Below are positions 57,301 to 64,000 of a DNA stretch of 64,000 nt, piece after piece. Position 1 is the stretch's first letter; every line of letters starts with the position of its first letter. The position numbers were made by a program, and so were the translations under genes. Source of the stretch: the human T2T-CHM13v2.0 reference genome, Homo sapiens; NCBI RefSeq assembly GCF_009914755.1, contig NC_060931.1; one strand, given 5' to 3'. A model generated the notes under the pieces. It made no database searches, was not told where the DNA came from, and was given only the letters and a program-made list of their open reading frames with translations.

Positions 57301-59985
57301 CAACATGATCAAGTGGGTTTCATTCCAGGGATGCAAGGATGGCTCAACCTATGCAAATCATCTTAATAGATGCAGAAAAGCATTTGATAAAATTCAGCAT
57401 CCTTTCACAATAAAAACCCTCAACAAACTAGGTGTAGATAGAACATACCTCAAAATAATAAAGGCCGTATATGACAAACCCAAAGCCAACATAATATGGA
57501 ATGGGGAAAAAGTCAAAGCATTCCCTCTAAGAACTGGAACATGATGAGGATGCCCACTTTCACCACTCCTATTCAATATAGTAATGCAAGTACTATCTAG
57601 AGCAATCAGGCAAGACAAAGAAATAAAAGGCACCCAAATTTGAAAATATAAAGTCAAATTATCTCCGTTTGGTTATGATATGATCTTATACCTAAAAAAT
57701 CCTAAAAAATTCTCTCAAAGACTCCTAGATTTGATAAATGACTTCAGTAAAGATTCAGGATATAAAATCAATGTACAAAAATCAGGAACATTTATATATA
57801 ACGATAATAAACGGAGGATAAAATCAAGACGTCAATCCCATTTACAATAGCTACAAACAAAATACCTAGGAATACATTTACCCAAGGTGGTGAATGATCT
57901 CTACAAGAGAAACTATGAAACACTGATGAAAAAAAAAAAACTGTAGGACAAAAACAAATGGAGAAACATCCTATACTCATGGATTAGAAGAACCAATATG
58001 ATTAAAATGATCACACTGCCCAAAGTAATCTACAGCTTCAATGCAAATCCTATCAGAATACTAATGTCATTTTTCACATAATTAGAAAAAAACAATCCTA
58101 AAATTCATATGGAACCAAAAGAAAGTGAATAGCCAAAGCAATCCTAAGCAAAAAGAACAAAGCTGGAGGCATCACATTACCTCACTTCAAATTATACTAC
58201 AAGACTATAGTAAACAAAACTGCATGGTACTGGTATAAAAATAGACATATACATCAATGGAACAGAATAGAGAGCCCAGAATAATGCCATCTACAGACAG
58301 CCAACTGATCTTAAACAATATTCAAAAAAACATACACTAGGGAAAGAACACCCTATTCAATAAATGGTGCTGGGAAAATTGGATGGCCATTTGCAGAAGA
58401 ATGAAACTGGACCCATATCTCTTACCATACACAAAAATTAACTCAGATGGAATAAATACTTAAATGTAAGATATGAAACTATAAAAATCCTAGAAGAAAA
58501 CTGATATGGTTTGGATTTGTGTCCCTGCCCAAATCTCATGTCAAATTGTAGTCCCCAATATTGGAGGAGGGGCCTGGTGGGAGGTGACTGGATCATGGGG
58601 GTGGATTTCCCCCTTGCTGTTCTTGTGATAGTGAGTTCTAACAAGATTTGTTTGTTTAAAAGTGTATAGTACCTCCCCCTTCACTCTCTCTTCCTCCTTC
58701 TCTGGCCATGTAAAACGTGCCTGCTTCCCTTTGGCCTTCTGCCATGATTGTAAGTTTCCTGAGACCTCCTAGCCATGCTTTCTGTACAGCCCATGGAACT
58801 GTGAGACAACTAAATCTCTTTTCTTTATAAATGACCCAGTCTCAGGTAGTTCTTTATAGCAGTGCAAGAATGGATTAATATAGAAAATCTAGGAAAAACT
58901 CCTGAACACTTGCCTAGGCAAAGAATTAATGACTAATAGCTCAAAAGCACAGACAACAAAAACAAAAACAAAAAGACAAAGGGGCTTCAATTAAGCCCAA
59001 AGTTTCTGCACAGTAAAAGAAATAATCAACACAGTGAACAGACAACCTACAGATTGGGAGAAAATATCTGCAAACTATGCATCTGAGAAGGGACTAATAT
59101 CCAGAATTAACAGTGAACTCAAATACCTTGACAAGAAAAAACGTATAGTTCCATTAAAAAGTTGGCAAAGGACATGAGCAAACAGTTTTCAAAAGAAGAC
59201 ATACAAATGACCAACAGGTATATAAAATGCTAAGCATCACTAATTATCAGAGAAATGCACATTAAAACCACAATGAGATACCATCTTACTCCAATCAGAA
59301 TGGGTATCATTAAAAAGTAAAAAAATAACAGATACTGGTGAGGACGTGGGGGAAAAGGAAACTCTTAGACACTTTTGGTGGGAATTTAAATTAGTAAAAC
59401 CTCTGGAAAACAGTATAGATATCTCTCAAAAAATGAAAACTAGAACTACCATTTGATCCAGCAACCTCACTACTGAGTATCTACCCAAAGAAAAAGAAAC
59501 CAGTATATTAAAGGGAAACCTTTACTTGTATGTTTATTGCAGCACTGTTCATAATAGTAAAGTCATGGAATCCACTAAAATGTTCATTAATGGATGATTA
59601 AAGAGTATGTCACACACACAAACACACCATGGAATACTACTCAGCCATGAAAAAGAATGAAATCGTGTCTTTTGCTACAACATAGCTGGAACTGGAGGCC
59701 ATTATCCTAAGTGATATTACTTAGAAAGTTGTAGACCACATGCTCTCACTTATAAGCGGGAGCTAAATAATGTGTACACATGGACATAGACAGTAGAATA
59801 ATAGGCACTGGAGACTCAGAAAGGTGGGAGGATGGAAGGGGGGTGAGGGATGATAAATTATGTTGTACTCTATTTGGGTGATAGTTACACTAAAAGTCCA
59901 GACTTCACCACTATGCAATATATTCATATACAAAACTACATTTGTACCCACTGAATCCTTAAAAATAAAAATAAAAATAGAAAGA
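54310..59985 (+). mobile_element. Long degenerate L1 (L1MA-type): part of 5' region, ORF1, ORF2 (endonuclease/RT remnants), 3'UTR, A-rich tail; antisense to RELN
   Basis: ORF2-like peptides (LARLTKKRRE..IKNEKGDITT; [48 protein letters not shown]), many stops/frameshifts, L1MA-type 3' end. Confidence 0.93.
58502..58882 (+). mobile_element. MSTA-like MaLR solo LTR inserted in L1 ORF2
   Basis: tgatatggtttggatttgtgtccctgcccaaatctcatg ... gaatggattaatata; flanked by gaaaa(c/t); L1 resumes on both sides. Confidence 0.9.
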
Positions 59986-60668
59986 CAAAAACCAAAGAGT
60001 TGGTGATTAATAACAAGTATAAGAAATGTACAGACATGCAACCCAAGAGCTTAAAATATCTTCTGTCATTGTCATAAGTGGTATCGACTTTAAAATGATG
60101 CAAAATTCCAAAAATTCACTTGAAAATGAAAGAAAGATAAAAGATTTAAAAAGATATATATCTAAGTTTTCTTTCTATACTATTTTCTGAAAAGGAGGTA
60201 AAAGTTTCACCTCCTTTTTTTAGAGATGATGTTTCCTTCTGTGTGTTGTCTGCATGTAAAAGAAAAGCATTCCAGATGTTGTGGTAGTTACTAAGAGAAG
60301 AATGGGTCTTATTTTAATACATGCAGTATGATCAATATTTATGTTAATTTTATACAACATTCAAAGAAAATGTTAGGATATCCCTTGTCATCAACTGTGA
60401 ATTTCAGTTTCAAGGTTTTATGCATTTTTTATTTATGTATGTGAAACATTCTAGCATCTAATACTGCTGACTTCACTGGCTTTTTTTTTTTTTTCCTGAT
60501 TGCACATCCCTAGGCTTCTAACAGAATGCAAAGGAGAAATGGAAGAAAGGGTGTTTAATGAATTGCAAGACCATGACTTAGAAATGTGATTAAGTCTGTG
60601 CTGACGAACAAAAGCACAGGAAGACTCTACATCAATGGCATGTGATTATGACAGGCATAAACACTAAC

Positions 60669-60778
60669 CATTATCAATTGCCCACATGTTTCCAAGGATT
60701 GGTCCTGTTTGTCTCCAGCGAATCCTGGTGTTCCGGGTTAGTGCTGCGTTAGGAAGGGGAATTGTTATTCGGTTCCAC
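60669..60778 (-). CDS. RELN: Reelin exon 16 (110 nt): [36 protein letters not shown]
   Basis: read manually; acceptor ttcttgcag|G, donor ATG|gttagt; frame continues from exon 15; phase 2-1. Confidence 0.96.
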
Positions 60779-61020
60779 CTGCAAGAAATTTAGCACAAAA
60801 CCATCTTCACAACTATGTTCATATCTTTAGAATCTATTTTACATGGTTTTCATGTTCTAGCTTCTGTGTGCTTGGAAAAGCACTAAAGTTTACCAATAAA
60901 CTCTTTAAATTCACTTGTGGAATTTGTTTGTATCTTTAAAACAGACATACAATTTGTAAAAACATCCACGGTATGCCAGAGCAATGGATTTGTTATTTTA
61001 TATTACTTAAACATTTTTAA

Positions 61021-61319
<299 letters not shown>

Positions 61320-62055
61320 AATTTATTCTTAATAGTGAGGGATATTTAGTTTTTATATATTCTTTTAAGAAATTTTTCCATCAGTGCTCAGACCTTAGAT
61401 ATTATCTTATGCTAGGCATCTGTGCAGAGATGTACTGCTAATTAGCATCAATTATTTTTATTTTTTGTTCTCCCCTAGCCCTACACACATTTAAAAGGGG
61501 ATAACAAAGAAAATAATTCCCAACTTAATTTTGCCATTCTTGCAAATATTTTTACTATTCTCATAATGCTTATTCTGTAATGTGGCAAGTATTTTATATA
61601 ATCATCTTTAATTCTCCTAATAGCCCCCAATGAGGTATATTAAATCTTTAATTATACAGAAAAAAGTGGAAAGTCAGGGAGAGTAAATATGATTACACAG
61701 AATGGAATCCAGGTCCAATTTCAAAATTTAACTTTCTTCCATTTTTTCTATGCTGCATTTCTCTATAAGTAGCGTGGCAATAACCACAGAACTGCCATAT
61801 AGAATTTAAGTTCATGCAGTCCAAAATATAAGTCAAGTACATAAAGAATGAATGGCCTTACAAATGTTCATTGTAATCTTGCATCCAGTTTACCAAAGAT
61901 ACTATCTTTCTTTCTTTCTTTTTTACAAGACCACTTTTAAAGAGGTTAGGTTTCTTACCTATTATGACAAAAATGCTAATTTCAGGATAACTCATTGATT
62001 TTTATTCTGCAACATGGATTCAAGTATTTCAATATCTCAGAGAGAATGTACTCAC

Positions 62056-62184
62056 CCACTGTAGTTTTCAGAGGAGTAGACAGTGCTGTGGGGGAGGTGG
62101 GGTCCAGCACAGATCTCAGGTAAGCATTCAGTGTGAAGGAGGGACCAGGAGCGCCCATGGTTGGTAGAAAATTCCAAGCTGACA
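62056..62184 (-). CDS. RELN: Reelin exon 15 (129 nt): [43 protein letters not shown], Asp-box FSTNHGRSW
   Basis: acceptor ttttattag|TG, donor TGG|gtgagt; ORF 62052..62255(-); phase 2-2. Confidence 0.97.
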
Positions 62185-62945
62185 CTAATAAAACCAGAAC
62201 AAGCACACACAAAAGGTGGGGAGGGTAAAGATAACAAATCAAATGAAATTTTCAACTCTGGTTAAGTACATTAAACAACTGTAAAAACAGTGTAAAATTT
62301 TTTAAAGATGCTGTTTCCTAAATGATTGTTTTCTCTTTCACTAAAGTCTGACCAGCTTTCAAAGGGCAATCAGTTAAATTACTGCTATAAATAAACTATG
62401 TTTCAAAGACAACAAATGGTAACTTGAGTTTGTGTTCTTGAGTTTGATAGGTGGCAAGGCAATTACCATGTCTCACACTGTCACTTCATCCTGTGAATGT
62501 GACACCGACAAAATTCCTAGAAAAAATATGAGCAACACTTGGGCAAGTGAAACTGAGAAGTCATAGCTCTTGACATGCTAATTGATTTCCATGCTTATTA
62601 TTAGCAGGTCACCAGCCGACAGGAGGTCAAGCTTTTTTTCAGTTGCTTTTTTTTTTTTTTCTCTCTTAGCAATCTGTTGTAATGGATGGTTGCCACAGCA
62701 CATGCAAACACCTCTGATACCTAAGATCAAGCTCTTAGAATGAAGCCATTCCTACTTGAAATCTATCCAATCATACCCCTCATATTAATTGAAGAACTTT
62801 TCATTTGGCAAAAGTGTGTTATTTCATCAATGAGTATTTTACTTAAAATCCAGTTAAAACTCTACCTAGAAACTACCTCTTATTTAATAGCCAAATCTGC
62901 AAACTCATTTTTAGTTTTGCACACTTACAAAATAGGGCTTCCTAC

Positions 62946-63154
62946 CTGTTACCAGGCTGATGCGTTCCACATCCCAGATTGATGGAAAACTGTATCATGT
63001 GAGACATTGTAGAAGGGAGAACAGGCAAGACATGGAAAAAGTCTACAGCCCAGACATTCCTATTATGTCCTTGATGGTTCTTTTGCCTGAGACAAAATTT
63101 GGTAGCAGGAGTCTGAAGTTCAGGATTGATGACCACAGAAACCAAAGACGGAAC
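62946..63154 (-). CDS. RELN: Reelin exon 14 (209 nt): [69 protein letters not shown]
   Basis: acceptor tttgaaag|GTT, donor CAG|gtagg; overlaps ORF 62942..63145(-); phase 0-2. Confidence 0.96.
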
Positions 63155-64000
63155 CTTTCAAACAAAGGAGACCAGAATCACTCAAAATCCTTTCTAGGCT
63201 AGTCCATGTAAATTCTCCTAGATTTGACCTAATGAACGCTATGTACATAACTGCCATTTATTAAGCACCAGGACACGTCCTTTGTGTTGCATTTGTTATT
63301 TCATGAAGAAGATGCTATCCTCAAGGAGCATTCGATTTAGTGACTCAGAATTCTTCCTGTGCACGAGGTGGGGGTCTCTGCGTGTGTTTGATCAGGCTCT
63401 CCCTAACTGAAGATAAACTGATATAAGGTCTTTAAGAGTTATCTAAGCATGTGTATCCATTTTATTTAATTAGCACAAGACAAAGGCAACTTGACATTTA
63501 TACTTTATCATCAGTCCTCTTTGAAAGTGGATTGGTATCAAGCTAAGGGCTTTCCAAACTAGTATTGTGAAAATAGGACAGAAACAACCAGAGCCAATGA
63601 GTCAATGCATTATAACTCACAAAGCTGATTTGATATGAGGCATGAAGATGACCACGGCAGGTATAGTTCTACCTTGCCACTGCTGGAAATATCGTCTTTT
63701 ATGAAATCCCAAATGGTATAACTTGGGTTACCCTTGCATGTGGAATGTGCTGGATATTCACTCTGGTTGTTTCCCATTCTAACCTTGATGTTTGTTTTGT
63801 CTTTCTAACTTAAACCCTGAAATGCTAGATGTTAGCTGCATTTAAGCTTTTAAAAGTACTTAGGGTACCATCAGTGCAAAGAAAAGACTAACTAATAATG
63901 AGTATGTGGGTGTGGCCTCAGCACAAACAAATCTACTTTTACAAAAAATAATTTTACACTTTATGACGAGTATCTCACATAATTTTGAAGATGCTTGCAA

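Noticed and set aside
56049-57980. ORFs with reverse-transcriptase/endonuclease-like peptides as a novel RT system
   Set aside because: They are fragments of a dead L1 ORF2 broken by stops and frameshifts.

Overview
Human-type (primate) genomic DNA, AT-rich, lying entirely inside the reelin gene RELN on the minus strand. I reconstructed 15 consecutive coding exons. All have AG acceptors, and all but the last have visible GT donors; the last donor is cut by the window edge. They total 2591 nt and splice into one open frame; by my recalled RELN numbering they are exons 14-28, about aa 519-1382. They encode most of reelin repeat 1, all of repeat 2 and sub-repeat 3A, with five Asp-box/BNR motifs and two EGF-like modules. 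The introns contain about 15 Alus, several L1s (one about 5.7 kb L1MA-type split by an MSTA LTR), MST/THE1/MLT LTRs, MIR/L2 remnants and microsatellites. I found no new gene or new biological system; almost all ORF-track entries outside the exons are Alu, L1, LTR or low-complexity noise. The most unusual structures are: (1) a three-layer nested insertion at ~53.9-54.3 kb, where a FAM monomer is split by a locally templated copy of the neighbouring L1 ORF1, itself split by a ~55-nt young L1 tail; (2) a twin-primed, 5'-inverted L1 with clear TSD and microhomologies; (3) inverted Alus flanking the frame-symmetric 306-nt exon 21-22 block, a candidate stop-less circRNA; (4) a fold-back inverted duplication inside a (TA)n tract; (5) several local duplications. 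Exon and residue numbers and repeat subfamilies are from memory of the families, not from a database search.
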